Below, one piece after another: positions 35,171 through 45,644 of a DNA stretch of 47,680 nucleotides. Position 1 is the first letter of the stretch, and each line of letters opens with the position of its first letter. The translations under genes and the position numbers were made by a program. Source of the DNA: Balneolales bacterium (GTDB lineage: Bacteria > Bacteroidota > Rhodothermia > Balneolales > Natronogracilivirgulaceae); contig SLLP01000081.1 in NCBI GenBank assembly GCA_007133995.1, positions 1 through 47,680 on the forward strand, written 5' to 3'. Under the pieces are notes generated by a model. The model was not told where the DNA came from. It made no database searches and saw only the letters and a program-made list of their open reading frames with translations.

Positions 35171-37783
35171 ATGAAGCACATCTACTTTATCGTTATAATA
35201 GTACTTTTTCTTCTGATCTGTCCGGCATGGATACAAGCCGCAGATAACAGTGACATCGCAATTGAGGAGTGGCTGCAGCTGGGACCGATGCACCAGAACA
35301 ATCCGGTTTACCATGATGTGCCGGGCATAGACGGGAGTACATGGGATGTGGAGCAATTGTTGGATTCCGATCTGGCCATGTATTCTGATTGGAATCCCAA
35401 AGAGGGGACACCGGTGATATGGTCTCGGAATCAGCGACTGACATGGAGTCGTGGAACTGCCGATGACGACGGCAGCCTGTTTCTGCCGGGAGCCACAGAT
35501 CATTACCATGATGTGGTCTGGGTTGCAGTATGGCTGGAAGCGGACCGGTTTCTGACCACATCCATCACGCTGAAAAGCCGTGGCATGATCCGCGCCTTTT
35601 TCAACGGCAAATCCATAGCTGCAAAGAAAACCACCGAGACCGGAGATGATGATAGTCCGGGCGAATTGAATCATCAACTGGATATGAAGCGTGGCAAACA
35701 TCTGATTTTGGTAAAGCTGATTCATCCCGCCGGTTCCAAAATCAGTGACTGGTCACTTCATGCTACTCTGGATGCCGGTGAGCATTCCGGATCACTTTTC
35801 AGCGGGATTGACCCTGCGAGATCTGTTATGCTGCGTGATCTGTCCAATGCCCCTCGACCAGCCGGAGTGTCAATAAGTCCGGATGGCGACCTGGCAGCCG
35901 TACACGTGCGCCGCGACCTGCCTCCGGACGGAACTACCGAGACACACATCGACATTCGAAAAGTCTCAGATGGATCACTATTCCGCCGGTACGCCGGTGG
36001 AATGACCATAACGGGCATGCGTTGGGTACCGGACGGGCGACGCTTCAGCTACACTACTTCTGGTAACAATGGCACTGATTTGTGGGTTGTGGATCTGGAT
36101 ACGGGCTATAAAAAACGGATTCTGAAGGGTATGGAAGAGTTTGCAGGTTATCGTTGGTCACCGGATGCCTCATATGTCATATACAGTATTCGTGAGCGTC
36201 ACGAACCGGGCGAAAACGGAGTGGTTCGTTATCACGGGTTGCAAGACAGAAGACCCGGATACCACACACGATCATTCCTTTATCAGCTATCATTACCTAA
36301 TGGCACTAAACGAAGGTTGACAGCCGGACTGCTGTCTACATCCCTGAGCAGTATCCATCCATCCGGACGTGAAATCCTTTTCCTGCGCAGACATGAGAAT
36401 TACGACGAACGCCCCTATGGGAAGGTTGAATATGTGATACTGGATCTGGAGACAATGGATACGGATTCGCTGTTTATGCTCAATTTTGGAGGAAGTGCAC
36501 AGTTTTCACCTGATGGAAACCGGATTATGATATCCGGTGGCCCGAATGAATTTGACGGGCTGGGTGTCAATGTTCCGGATACCCTTACAGCCAATGGCTA
36601 TGATACCCAGTTGTATCTCTACGACCGTCAAAATGGCGACGTAGAACCTGTTACAAAAGATTTTGATCCCTCTGTTTCAAGTTCCCACTGGGATGAAACC
36701 GGAAGGTATATCTACATCGTTGCCACGGAAGGAGCATACGAGGTGATCTACCGTTACGATACCCGAACCCGGCGATTCCGTAAATATGAAACTGGTCCGG
36801 ATGTCGCAGGCAGACTCAATGTTGCTCAAAACAGATCTGTGGGAGTCTTTACCGGATCGGGTGCATCTGATCCGCCAAAGGCCTGGGTCATTGATTTCAC
36901 CCGGCGCAATCCGGAGGCCAGGCTGCTTTATAACCCCGGCGCTGAAGCTTACAGCAACATTCGGTTTGGTGAGGTCAGGCCATGGACCTTTACCAATGAT
37001 TTCGGCGATGAGATTGACGGCCATGTTTACTATCCTCCCGATTTTGAAGATAGCGGTGAGTATCCTGTCATTGTGTATTATTACGGGGGTACCTCTCCTG
37101 TCTCACGTTCTTTTGCGGGTCGTTATCCCAAAGAACTGTACGCTTCAAAAGGCTATCTGGTGTATGTATTGCAGCCGAGCGGAGCAACAGGATTTGGCCA
37201 GGAGTTTTCGGCACGACATGTCAACGACTGGGGCAAGATTGCAGGAGATGAGATCATCAAAGGTGTCGGGAGGTTTCTGGATGATCATCCTTACGCCAAC
37301 CGCGAGCGTGTCGGGGCGATCGGTGCCTCCTATGGCGGATTCATGACCATGTATCTGCTTACGCAGACCGATATTTTTGCTGCGGCAGTATCTCATGCGG
37401 GCATCAGCAATCTCGCCAGTTATTGGGGAGAAGGGTTCTGGGGCTACCAATACAGCGGAGTGGCTACAGCCGGCAGCTACCCCTGGAACCGTCAGGATAT
37501 CTACGTGGATCATAGTCCCGTTTTCATGGCTGACCGCATCCATACCCCCCTGCTCCTTGTTACCGGAATGTCGGATACCAATGTTCCGCCCGGGGAAAGC
37601 CTTCAGATGTTTACAGCGCTGAAATTACTTGGCAGAGAGGTTGCCTTTGTGGCGGTTGATGACCAGGATCACCATATTGTGAATTATAGCAAGTATATAC
37701 AGTGGAAAGATGCTATATTGTCATGGTTTGACAAATGGTTGAAGGATGAGCCGTATTGGTGGGAGAGCACGCATGGCTCATGA
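35171..37783 (+). CDS. S9-family serine peptidase (prolyl oligopeptidase / acylaminoacyl-peptidase type) with N-terminal extra domain and beta-propeller
   Basis: The track frame begins at 34925, inside the preceding gene. It is trimmed to the ATG at 35171, which gives a signal peptide (MKHIYFIVIIVLFLLICPAWIQA). PD40-like repeats (ISPDGD, WVPDGRR, WSPDAS, FSPDGN). Catalytic triad context GAIGASYGGFM (Ser), GMSDTNVPP (Asp) and DQDHHI (His). Confidence 0.85.
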   Translation: MKHIYFIVIIVLFLLICPAWIQAADNSDIAIEEWLQLGPMHQNNPVYHDVPGIDGSTWDVEQLLDSDLAMYSDWNPKEGTPVIWSRNQRLTWSRGTADDDGSLFLPGATDHYHDVVWVAVWLEADRFLTTSITLKSRGMIRAFFNGKSIAAKKTTETGDDDSPGELNHQLDMKRGKHLILVKLIHPAGSKISDWSLHATLDAGEHSGSLFSGIDPARSVMLRDLSNAPRPAGVSISPDGDLAAVHVRRDLPPDGTTETHIDIRKVSDGSLFRRYAGGMTITGMRWVPDGRRFSYTTSGNNGTDLWVVDLDTGYKKRILKGMEEFAGYRWSPDASYVIYSIRERHEPGENGVVRYHGLQDRRPGYHTRSFLYQLSLPNGTKRRLTAGLLSTSLSSIHPSGREILFLRRHENYDERPYGKVEYVILDLETMDTDSLFMLNFGGSAQFSPDGNRIMISGGPNEFDGLGVNVPDTLTANGYDTQLYLYDRQNGDVEPVTKDFDPSVSSSHWDETGRYIYIVATEGAYEVIYRYDTRTRRFRKYETGPDVAGRLNVAQNRSVGVFTGSGASDPPKAWVIDFTRRNPEARLLYNPGAEAYSNIRFGEVRPWTFTNDFGDEIDGHVYYPPDFEDSGEYPVIVYYYGGTSPVSRSFAGRYPKELYASKGYLVYVLQPSGATGFGQEFSARHVNDWGKIAGDEIIKGVGRFLDDHPYANRERVGAIGASYGGFMTMYLLTQTDIFAAAVSHAGISNLASYWGEGFWGYQYSGVATAGSYPWNRQDIYVDHSPVFMADRIHTPLLLVTGMSDTNVPPGESLQMFTALKLLGREVAFVAVDDQDHHIVNYSKYIQWKDAILSWFDKWLKDEPYWWESTHGS

Positions 37784-37890
37784 TAACTGCACATACTGAA
37801 GGTGATGAGCGCGGATCAGACGACCCGTGGTGGTAATTACTTGATCCGTTGATTTATCAGAATTTAAAACTATCCGAAAAACTAGCTGCT

Positions 37891-39081
37891 ATGAAAAAAA
37901 CGATTTTTACTACTCTCTTGATGGTCTTATTTATCATTTCAAAGACTAAGGCGCAGGACGATCCATCGCATTGGAGCGTTGATCTGATGAGTGGCATCAC
38001 AACCGGATCGTTCACTTTCAACTCAAAGACTACGGCTCAGGGAGCTATCAATGTCCGCTACTCAATGAATCCTGTCGCCTCGTTTCACGGAGATATGGGG
38101 TTTGGTCAGTTTCGCTCCGGGGGTTCCATGCAGGGACCCTATGGATTTGAGAATGACTATTTTACCATAGGGGTTGGTACCCGGATGAATATTCTCCGCA
38201 TGCTTTCCGGTCCGAATTCGGTCACCGACAGATTCGGTGTTTATGCCTCAACCGGAATTGGATTAATGAGGGGTAATTTGAATGTCAGCAACACCCAGGC
38301 ACCCGGTTACAGGAGCAGAGACAGTAGGGTCAACGCGGTAGTTTTCCGCATTGCCACAGGTGCAAGTTACCGGATCAATCGAAGAGTGGATTTCTTTGTG
38401 CAGGCCCAGTTCAACCATTCCGACAGTGATTTCCTTGATGGTTATGAACGTATCGACGGTGGCAGCACGGGTCGATTTACCGGTGGCGATTCCTTTGTCA
38501 ACACCAGTGCCGGCATCACACTCAAGTTCGGCCGCAGTCATACAAGACATACCGACTGGTACCAAAGGGATCATCACTCGGTGCCGATGTCACAATCGCT
38601 TCACGCTGATCTGGCCAGCATGCAGGCACGTCTGGAGCAGAAAGAGCGGAGGCAGGAGCAGCTTGGAGAGCGAATTCAGTCGTTGAATCAGACGCTCAAT
38701 GAGTTCAGTCATCTGATCAACACCGCACATGAAGACCAGTTTGAACGTTACGAAAACCAGTTGGAAAGTATGCAAAACCGGCTTGATCTGATGCAGTCCG
38801 ACATCAACGACATTACGGATACAGCGGAAATACGCCGCGATGAGACCAGGGAAAGCCGATTCTTTGTCGTTGCTGCGGTATTCAGCAGTATGGAAAGAGC
38901 CGAAAGCGCATTGCGTCAGATCGAAAACGCGGGATTCGATCAGGCAAGCATCGAAAAAGACCGCAGGAGAAATTACTATCTTGTAAATTACAGTGGTCAT
39001 CCGACGCGGGAAGAAGCACTGCAGGAAATGCAAAAAATACGAGCGGAGACCAATCCTGAGTCATGGGTCTATGTTAAATGA
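37891..39081 (+). CDS. Outer-membrane beta-barrel / coiled-coil / SPOR-domain protein (paralogue 1)
   Basis: Trimmed to the ATG at 37891, giving a signal peptide (MKKTIFTTLLMVLFIISKTKAQ). About 210 aa of amphipathic beta-strands (small OMP barrel with an NHSDSDFLDGYER loop). A heptad-rich Q/E/L segment follows. The C-terminal ~75 aa are SPOR-like (RFFVVAAVFSSMERAE..L...GF......YYLVNYSGHPTREEA). Confidence 0.7.
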   Translation: MKKTIFTTLLMVLFIISKTKAQDDPSHWSVDLMSGITTGSFTFNSKTTAQGAINVRYSMNPVASFHGDMGFGQFRSGGSMQGPYGFENDYFTIGVGTRMNILRMLSGPNSVTDRFGVYASTGIGLMRGNLNVSNTQAPGYRSRDSRVNAVVFRIATGASYRINRRVDFFVQAQFNHSDSDFLDGYERIDGGSTGRFTGGDSFVNTSAGITLKFGRSHTRHTDWYQRDHHSVPMSQSLHADLASMQARLEQKERRQEQLGERIQSLNQTLNEFSHLINTAHEDQFERYENQLESMQNRLDLMQSDINDITDTAEIRRDETRESRFFVVAAVFSSMERAESALRQIENAGFDQASIEKDRRRNYYLVNYSGHPTREEALQEMQKIRAETNPESWVYVK

Positions 39082-39094
39082 AACTGATGATTAG

Positions 39095-40303
39095 ATGAAG
39101 CATTTTGTCATATTCGCATCAACCTTAATGCTTTTGATCTTACTGTCTGTATCCGGAGTGTGGGCTGAAGAACAACCTGGCCGTTGGAACCTGGATTTAA
39201 AAGGTGGAGTAACATCCGGGCATTTCACTTTTGACTCCCGGATTACAGGGCAGGGAGGGTTTAATCTGCGGTACTCCATGAGCCCGATGATTTCATTTTA
39301 CGGCACTTTTGAAGCCGGGCAATTCAGCGCATCCGATGAGATCATGAATCAAACCGGTTTTACCAATGACTACTTCATCACCGGCCTCGGAACAAGGGTA
39401 AACGTGCTTCGAATGTTCTCGGGCTCATCGCGAGCAACCGAGAGATTTGCAATGTACACCACGGCAGGCATTAATCTGCTGAGGTCGGATGTGAGAGTAA
39501 ACAACCTGAATTACCCGGGTTATGCTGCCAAAAATTACACTGGTATGGCAATGATTCTGCGGGCCGGTATCGGAGCAGCATTTCGCGTCAGCAACCGGAT
39601 CGATCTCTTTCTTCAGACCGAGCTCAATCATTCAGACAGTGACCTTCTTGACGGCTACGAGCGTATTCCCGGCAGCGGTATGAATACCGGCTGGATAAGT
39701 GGCGGAGACTCGTTCGTCAACACCAGTGTCGGCATCTCCCTGAAGTTGGGGGGAACCGGTGTTCGTCATACCGACTGGCATGATGGTGATTACCGGTCCG
39801 GAACTGCCTCCTCACCGGCATTGGAGGCCGAGATCTCCAGAATGAAAGCCGAGCTTGAACGTAGCGACCGGATCAAACAGCAGTTTGCAGAGCGGCTTCA
39901 GTCGCTAAATCAAACGCTTAACGAATTCAATCACCTGTTTACCACTACGTACCAGGATCAACTGGCATCACATGACAGACAGCTTCAAAACCTGCAGGAC
40001 CGCATGGACATGATACAATCAGAATCGGATGAACCATCTACAACCACTGTTGTGCAGGATCAGGATACAGCTGAGAATCGATTTTTCATAGTGGCAGGCG
40101 TGTTTCGCAATCGGGATAACGCAGAACGGTTGCGGGAGCAGCTACTGGCGGAAGGCTTTGTCCGGGCCGCCATTAGAACCGACACAGAACGTGATCTGCA
40201 TGTAGTGGTGTACAGCAGTCATCCTACACGTGAACAGGCAGATACAGAGCTTTCACGAATACGAATCGAGGTTAATCCGGATTCATGGATATTTGTGAGA
40301 TAG
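39095..40303 (+). CDS. Outer-membrane beta-barrel / coiled-coil / SPOR-domain protein (paralogue 2)
   Basis: 402 aa, starting 13 nt after paralogue 1 ends. Same architecture and roughly half the residues identical by eye (FTF.S..T.QG..N.RYSM.P..SF; NHSDSDLLDGYERI; GGDSFVNTS.GI.LK.G....HTDW; LQSLNQTLNEF.HL; RFF.VA.VF). Confidence 0.7.
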   Translation: MKHFVIFASTLMLLILLSVSGVWAEEQPGRWNLDLKGGVTSGHFTFDSRITGQGGFNLRYSMSPMISFYGTFEAGQFSASDEIMNQTGFTNDYFITGLGTRVNVLRMFSGSSRATERFAMYTTAGINLLRSDVRVNNLNYPGYAAKNYTGMAMILRAGIGAAFRVSNRIDLFLQTELNHSDSDLLDGYERIPGSGMNTGWISGGDSFVNTSVGISLKLGGTGVRHTDWHDGDYRSGTASSPALEAEISRMKAELERSDRIKQQFAERLQSLNQTLNEFNHLFTTTYQDQLASHDRQLQNLQDRMDMIQSESDEPSTTTVVQDQDTAENRFFIVAGVFRNRDNAERLREQLLAEGFVRAAIRTDTERDLHVVVYSSHPTREQADTELSRIRIEVNPDSWIFVR

Positions 40304-40321
40304 GAGTTTCAGATCGATCAA

Positions 40322-41449
40322 TCACTCATCAGCACCGTATAACAGATCGGCAATTCCAGTCATGAATCTTTCATCCGCTTTCATTTGGGAAGAATCTGCT
40401 TCCGGGTTACCGTTTTCCAATGCATTGCGAATAATATCCGGATCATAGCGCAAGCCGGTCAACTGGTCACAGATCCTTTGAAGAAAATATCTTCCGGACT
40501 CAATATCCATAGATGAGAGTTCAGTAACGTTGGGGATGGATCTGACTGCGTGACTATGTATGATTTCGCCGGGGGATCCGGCAGCATTGTCCGATTGGGC
40601 AGCATCGAGATGCAGCTTTTCAATGATCCCCTTTTTCACTTCCAGGTTGAGCATAACTACCATGCCATTCAGAATGCGTGAGCGTGTTATGCGAAACCGT
40701 GGAGATCGTCCTACGTTCCACTGCCATGTGCGGTATCGGGAATTACGAATTTCGCGGATGCGATCCCGGTCATTTATGCTCAGCGTATACCGGGAATCTG
40801 CGCGGTCATGATCATCCGGAATCAATCCGTGCAATAAACGGTCCCGAAATGCAATGATATCCATTGGTTCAGTCAGGAAACCAGTGATATTGGCAACGTC
40901 ACTGCGGACCGATTTGTGACTTTTTGACCTAATCTGCTTCATTGGAACCGAAAGGATCCGTTCGATTTCTTCCAGCTTTGAGTTGAAGAGTAGCGTGCCG
41001 TGACTCATCATGCGACCTCTACTTGAAAACTGTGCGCTTCCCGATATTTTTTTTCCGTCAGCCAGGATATCGTTTCGGTCGTTCATCTCTGCCGGCACTC
41101 CAAGCGAGCGAAGAATGCGCACCACCGGTGCATTAAAAAAGCGGAAATTGTGCAGACGTGACTGCTCATAGTACGTGATAAAGCTGAAATTGAGATTACC
41201 GGGATCGTGGTAAACCGTACCTCCACCCGACAACCGGCGGAGCACCTGTATACCGTTTTTCCTGGCATAGAAGTCATCGATCTCTTCCAGGATATTCTGG
41301 TTTCGTCCCACAATCACTGACGGTTCATTTCTATAGAGCATCAGGTAGTCGTTTTTCGGATCCATGAAGCGAAGCACATACTCCTCTATGGCCAGATTGG
41401 TAGCCGGATCGGTGATGTCTTTGTTATCTATGAAAACCAGCGATTTCAA
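40322..41449 (-). CDS. lplA: Lipoate-protein ligase A
   Basis: 375 aa. NLAIEEYVL, RRLSGGGTVYHDPGNLNFSF and GKKISGSAQ (lipoyl-AMP binding Lys) motifs. The TTG start at 41449 lies immediately after an in-frame stop. Confidence 0.9.
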   Translation of the reverse strand: MKSLVFIDNKDITDPATNLAIEEYVLRFMDPKNDYLMLYRNEPSVIVGRNQNILEEIDDFYARKNGIQVLRRLSGGGTVYHDPGNLNFSFITYYEQSRLHNFRFFNAPVVRILRSLGVPAEMNDRNDILADGKKISGSAQFSSRGRMMSHGTLLFNSKLEEIERILSVPMKQIRSKSHKSVRSDVANITGFLTEPMDIIAFRDRLLHGLIPDDHDRADSRYTLSINDRDRIREIRNSRYRTWQWNVGRSPRFRITRSRILNGMVVMLNLEVKKGIIEKLHLDAAQSDNAAGSPGEIIHSHAVRSIPNVTELSSMDIESGRYFLQRICDQLTGLRYDPDIIRNALENGNPEADSSQMKADERFMTGIADLLYGADE

Positions 41450-41582
41450 TTAAGTGAGATCCGTTAATACAGCTTGTCTTGCAACAATAAGATAATGATT
41501 CCATACCACTCAAGTCATATTGCCGAAGTGATTTTCTGAGTGTGGATGCGTACCTTTCAGAATGTTTGGAACCAAAGACAAA

Positions 41583-41738
41583 ATGCGTGAATGCCCTTCT
41601 TGCGCTCTGGAATCTTCGAGAGAAGAGGAAGTTTGCCCATACTGCGGCTATGAGTTTCCGCCGGAGCAAAAAGGCAACATGATTATGGCCTGGCTGTTTG
41701 TCCTGCTGATTATATTGTGGCTTGTAACCCGGTGGTAG
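41583..41738 (+). CDS. 51-aa zinc-ribbon + single-TM microprotein (candidate)
   Basis: Not in the ORF track because it is under 60 aa. It encodes MRECPSCALESSREEEVCPYCGYEFPPEQKGNMIMAWLFVLLIILWLVTRW: two CxxC pairs followed by a hydrophobic helix. Its 3' end overlaps the convergent M20 peptidase gene by 29 nt. Confidence 0.4.
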   Translation: MRECPSCALESSREEEVCPYCGYEFPPEQKGNMIMAWLFVLLIILWLVTRW

Positions 41739-43206
41739 TGTTTTCGATCAGCCGGATGTAAAAAGCGATCATTTCCGCGTAGTTATCTATTCCAATCCGC
41801 TCGTTTGTTCCATGAATCCGGCCACGATCATCAGGTCTTGCGCGGATTGGCCGGAATCGAAGCAGGTTATCGGTCACTTCTGTAAAATGGCGGGAGTCCG
41901 TTGCTGCAAGGAACATGGCCGGTGCAACGGGAATGTCAGGGAAAATTTCATGGATTGTTTGTTTCATGTCCAGATATGCCAACGATGACGTTGAACTTAC
42001 AGACGATGGTTCACGCGCTCCTTCAAGCACACGCACCTCTATTTTTTCGTTATCAATGGTTTCCTGAACGTAATACAGCACCTCACGAACGCTGTCATTG
42101 GGATGTATCCGGAAGTTGATGATGGTCTGCGCCGTCTGCGGTAGTATATTCTCTTTGATGCCTGCGTGGAACATGGTTGGAGCTATGGTGGTCCTGAGGG
42201 CGGCGTTGGTATGAGGTATGTATCCCAGTCGCTCCTCAATGACCCCGCCAAACAACCAGAGATTGGATAGTCCCATGCGATAAATGAAAGGCAGGTCGGG
42301 TAAGAGCGGTTGAAAAGTTTCCCTTATAAGTCCCGCAAATCTACCTTCCATTGGCTGCTGTTTGAGATTGGTGATGGCGGCACTCAGCGCACCAATGGTG
42401 GTTTCTCTTGGCGGCATGGAGGAGTGGCCTCCTTCCTTATTCACTTCCAGCTCCAGGCTAATATAACCTTTCTCTGCAACTCCTATCATGGCAATGGGAT
42501 GTTCGAGACCTTCAAGAATTTTTTCAGCAATTGGCATTCCTTCGTCGGTTAAAAACGCTATGTCAATTTCCCTTTTGAGCATGAGGTCTGCAACTTTTCG
42601 TGCTCCCTGGCGCCCGCCCACCTCTTCGTCGTGGTTCAGAGCGATATAGACGGTTCGTTCCGGCTGAAAACCGCGCTCAAGAAGATAGGAAATTGCCTCC
42701 ATATAGGACATTATGCCGCTTTTGTCATCAATAGCCCCCCGACCCCAGACAAATCCGTCAGCTATTGTACCTTCGAACGGGGGGTAACTCCAGTCTTCGA
42801 ACGTGCCCGGTTCCACGGGAACCACATCATAATGTCCCTGCATCATGGCCGCGGACAGATTTGGCCGGGATCCCTCCCATTTGAAGAGAATCGTATAGTT
42901 ATTGACTATCTCAAGCTCCAGTTCTTCGTGAATCAACGGGTAAGAGTCCCGAATAAAATCAATAAATGCGTCAAATTCATGCCGGTACTGTTCGCGGTTA
43001 TCCTGCGTGGAAATGGTGCGGAATTGCAGGGCATGAGACAGTCTCTGAACGGCATCCTCTTGTGGTATATCGGTGTAGCTTATATGCTCTGTATCGGGGA
43101 TATCATAGCCGGCACTTACAGTGCGCATTAGAATAACTGCTGCTACCAGACTTATCACAAGCAAAACTGCAAGCAGTCCCGTTATAGCTGCTCTTTTTAC
43201 TCTCAT
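41710..43206 (-). CDS. M20/M25/M40-family metallopeptidase (carboxypeptidase-like), membrane-anchored
   Basis: Trimmed to the ATG at 43206 (MRVKRAAITGLLAVLLVISLVAAVILM signal anchor). M20 motifs MMQGHYDVVP, WGRGAIDDKSG and NHDEEVGG, plus a distal H in ...GTNERI. Confidence 0.85.
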   Translation of the reverse strand: MRVKRAAITGLLAVLLVISLVAAVILMRTVSAGYDIPDTEHISYTDIPQEDAVQRLSHALQFRTISTQDNREQYRHEFDAFIDFIRDSYPLIHEELELEIVNNYTILFKWEGSRPNLSAAMMQGHYDVVPVEPGTFEDWSYPPFEGTIADGFVWGRGAIDDKSGIMSYMEAISYLLERGFQPERTVYIALNHDEEVGGRQGARKVADLMLKREIDIAFLTDEGMPIAEKILEGLEHPIAMIGVAEKGYISLELEVNKEGGHSSMPPRETTIGALSAAITNLKQQPMEGRFAGLIRETFQPLLPDLPFIYRMGLSNLWLFGGVIEERLGYIPHTNAALRTTIAPTMFHAGIKENILPQTAQTIINFRIHPNDSVREVLYYVQETIDNEKIEVRVLEGAREPSSVSSTSSLAYLDMKQTIHEIFPDIPVAPAMFLAATDSRHFTEVTDNLLRFRPIRARPDDRGRIHGTNERIGIDNYAEMIAFYIRLIENTTTGLQATI

Positions 43207-43304
43207 AATAGCTTCTGTTCGTTCAAGATTGGAGAAAACCGGGGCAACAGATTGATCCCGTGAAGTGACAAACCAAATCACTTGAACCGGCGTTTTCTAC
43301 ATCA

Positions 43305-45470
43305 TTAATTTGATTCAGATTTCTCGCTCTTGCCTGAACCGGTTTTGCCGGTTTTTCCGGAATTATTGTCTGAAGACTTTGCAGATCCGGCGGTTTTAAC
43401 GGCAGCACCATCTTGTGACGATTCACCTTGAGATTTGGAGGATGCACCGTCAGCTGATTCCTTTTCCTTCTCTTCCTTTTGTTTCTCTTTCTTTTGTTTG
43501 TTTTTGTTATTTCGCGATCCGTTTTGGCCTCCGATGCTGCCTGCGATGGTTGTTTTTTTGGGTTCCCTGGGTTTTTTTCCCACCAGATCCAGGATTTCGT
43601 TACCGAGAACCTCCTCTTTTTCAAGCAACAGCTCCGACAGCTTGTCAAACGCCTTTTTGTGCTTCTTTAGCACAGATTCAGCTCTGTCATAGGCTTCTTT
43701 CAAAATATCATTAACAGCCCTATCGGCTTCCCGGGCAGTTTCATCACTGTACTCCCGCTGATGTCCCATCTGTTCACCCAGAAACACTTCTTCCCGCTGG
43801 CCTCCGAGTGCTGTGTAACGGAAGGTGTCACTCATCCCCCAATCCAGCACCATTTTACGGGCCAGCTTGGTGACTTGTTTCAGGTCGTTTTCAGCACCAC
43901 TGGTCGCGGTATCAAATATCATTCGTTCTGCGGCTCTTCCTCCCATGATGACGGCAAGTCGATCCAGGAGATGCTCCTTCCTGTATAGATACTGATCCCG
44001 TTCCGGTAGCTGCTGGGTTACACCCATAGCTTGCCCGCGCGGAATAATTGTAACTTTATGAACGGGATCGGTATTATCAAGGGCGGCGGCTACGATAGCG
44101 TGTCCTGCTTCGTGATATGCCAGCAGCCGGCGCTCCTCTTCCTCAAGGACCACACCACGGCGTTCGAGACCCATGATAATCTTGTCACGCGCCATATCTA
44201 TATCGCGCTGTGAGATTTTTTTACGATCGTCACGGGCCGTCAACATGGCTGCCTCATTAAGAAGGTTTTCCAGATCGGCACCGCTGAAGCCGGGTGTTCC
44301 GCGTGACACGCTCTCAAAGTCGACGTCATCGGCCATGGGTTTGTTTTTTGCATGGATCTCAAGAATGCTGATACGGTCTTCCTGCGAAGGCAGTCCGACT
44401 TCCACCCTCCGGTTGAACCGCCCCGGGCGGAGCAGAGCTTTATCAAGGATATCGGGTCGGTTGGTGGCGGCCATGACAATCACACTTTCATTGGTCTCAA
44501 AGCCGTCCATCTCGGAAAGCAGCTGATTAAGGGTTTGCTCACGCTCATCATGACCACCGCCCAAACCAGCTCCGCGTCTGCGGCCTATGGAATCCAGCTC
44601 ATCAATGAAGATAATGGCTGGTGCGGCTTCTTTGGCATTTTTGAACATTTCTCGCACTCGCTTTGCTCCCACACCTACCAGCATCTCCATAAAATCAGAG
44701 CCGGTTATACTGTAAAACGGCACACCGGCCTCACCTGCAACAGCACGCGCCATAAGCGTTTTGCCTGTACCGGGAGCTCCGTATAGAAGCACACCTTTGG
44801 GAACTTTTGCTCCAAGTTGTTCGAATTTAGAAGGATTTTTGAGGTAGGTCACAATCTCCTGCAGCTCTCTTTTTGCTTCATCCGCGCCGGCAACATCATC
44901 AAATGTGGTTCTTTTTCCATCACCCGGACGATGCAGCTTCGCCTGACTTTTTCCGATGGAGAACATACCTTGCCCCTGGGTGTTCATTCTTCGATACCAT
45001 GCTATGGCAATAATCACAATCAGCAGAAAGGGCAGGGTCATGAAAAGAAAATAGAGCCAGGTGTTATCACGCTCGGGTACGGTGGTGACATTGACATCAC
45101 TCTGTTCCAGGAGCGCCATAAGTTCGTCATCTCCAAATGAAGGCAAGTAGGTGACAAATTCGGTAAAGGATATGGTATCACCATCAGCAGCACGTCGCCT
45201 GGACGCCTCCTTTAGCTTGCCTTCAATACGTTCCCCCTGGACAGTGACTTCACTGACGTTGTTCTGCTTTAATTCACCACGGAAAGTACTGTATTGAATC
45301 TGATCTGGTGCAAGTTGACCGCCGTAATAAGAATAAAGTATCCATACTCCAAGGATCGCAGCAATCAGGAAATAGAATATCATGATGCGTGACGGTCCAG
45401 GCGCCGGCTGTTGTGGCTGGTTGCCTTGGGATTTGTCCTTATTCTCTCTGTTTTTTGTGTTTTCTGACAC
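43305..45470 (-). CDS. ftsH: ATP-dependent zinc metalloprotease FtsH
   Basis: 721 aa with a GTG start. Two N-terminal TM helices, Walker [19 protein letters not shown], Walker B IIFIDELD, the SRH region, and zinc site HEAGHAIV. There is an additional ~100-aa K/S/E-rich C-terminal tail. Confidence 0.95.
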   Translation of the reverse strand: MSENTKNRENKDKSQGNQPQQPAPGPSRIMIFYFLIAAILGVWILYSYYGGQLAPDQIQYSTFRGELKQNNVSEVTVQGERIEGKLKEASRRRAADGDTISFTEFVTYLPSFGDDELMALLEQSDVNVTTVPERDNTWLYFLFMTLPFLLIVIIAIAWYRRMNTQGQGMFSIGKSQAKLHRPGDGKRTTFDDVAGADEAKRELQEIVTYLKNPSKFEQLGAKVPKGVLLYGAPGTGKTLMARAVAGEAGVPFYSITGSDFMEMLVGVGAKRVREMFKNAKEAAPAIIFIDELDSIGRRRGAGLGGGHDEREQTLNQLLSEMDGFETNESVIVMAATNRPDILDKALLRPGRFNRRVEVGLPSQEDRISILEIHAKNKPMADDVDFESVSRGTPGFSGADLENLLNEAAMLTARDDRKKISQRDIDMARDKIIMGLERRGVVLEEEERRLLAYHEAGHAIVAAALDNTDPVHKVTIIPRGQAMGVTQQLPERDQYLYRKEHLLDRLAVIMGGRAAERMIFDTATSGAENDLKQVTKLARKMVLDWGMSDTFRYTALGGQREEVFLGEQMGHQREYSDETAREADRAVNDILKEAYDRAESVLKKHKKAFDKLSELLLEKEEVLGNEILDLVGKKPREPKKTTIAGSIGGQNGSRNNKNKQKKEKQKEEKEKESADGASSKSQGESSQDGAAVKTAGSAKSSDNNSGKTGKTGSGKSEKSESN

Positions 45471-45629
45471 GAATCGGTTCTTTATTTATGGTATTGTAGG
45501 ATTGCAAGATAACGAGTTAAAGCGATAATTGCCGCTTTTGCCGTTGTTGCAATACTAACATTCATATTCAACGATAGGTTTCAGCATATTATTGGTAAAT
45601 TCCGGTTGTAAATTGGCACAGGGAATTTG

Positions 45630-45637
45630 TAATTTTG
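45630..45637 (+). promoter_or_regulatory. Candidate Bacteroidetes-type -7 promoter element (TAnnTTTG) for tRNA-Leu
   Basis: TAATTTTG ends 7 nt before the first tRNA nucleotide. A GTTG lies ~21 nt upstream where the -33 TTTG element would be expected. Confidence 0.35.
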
Positions 45638-45644
45638 CATTTAT

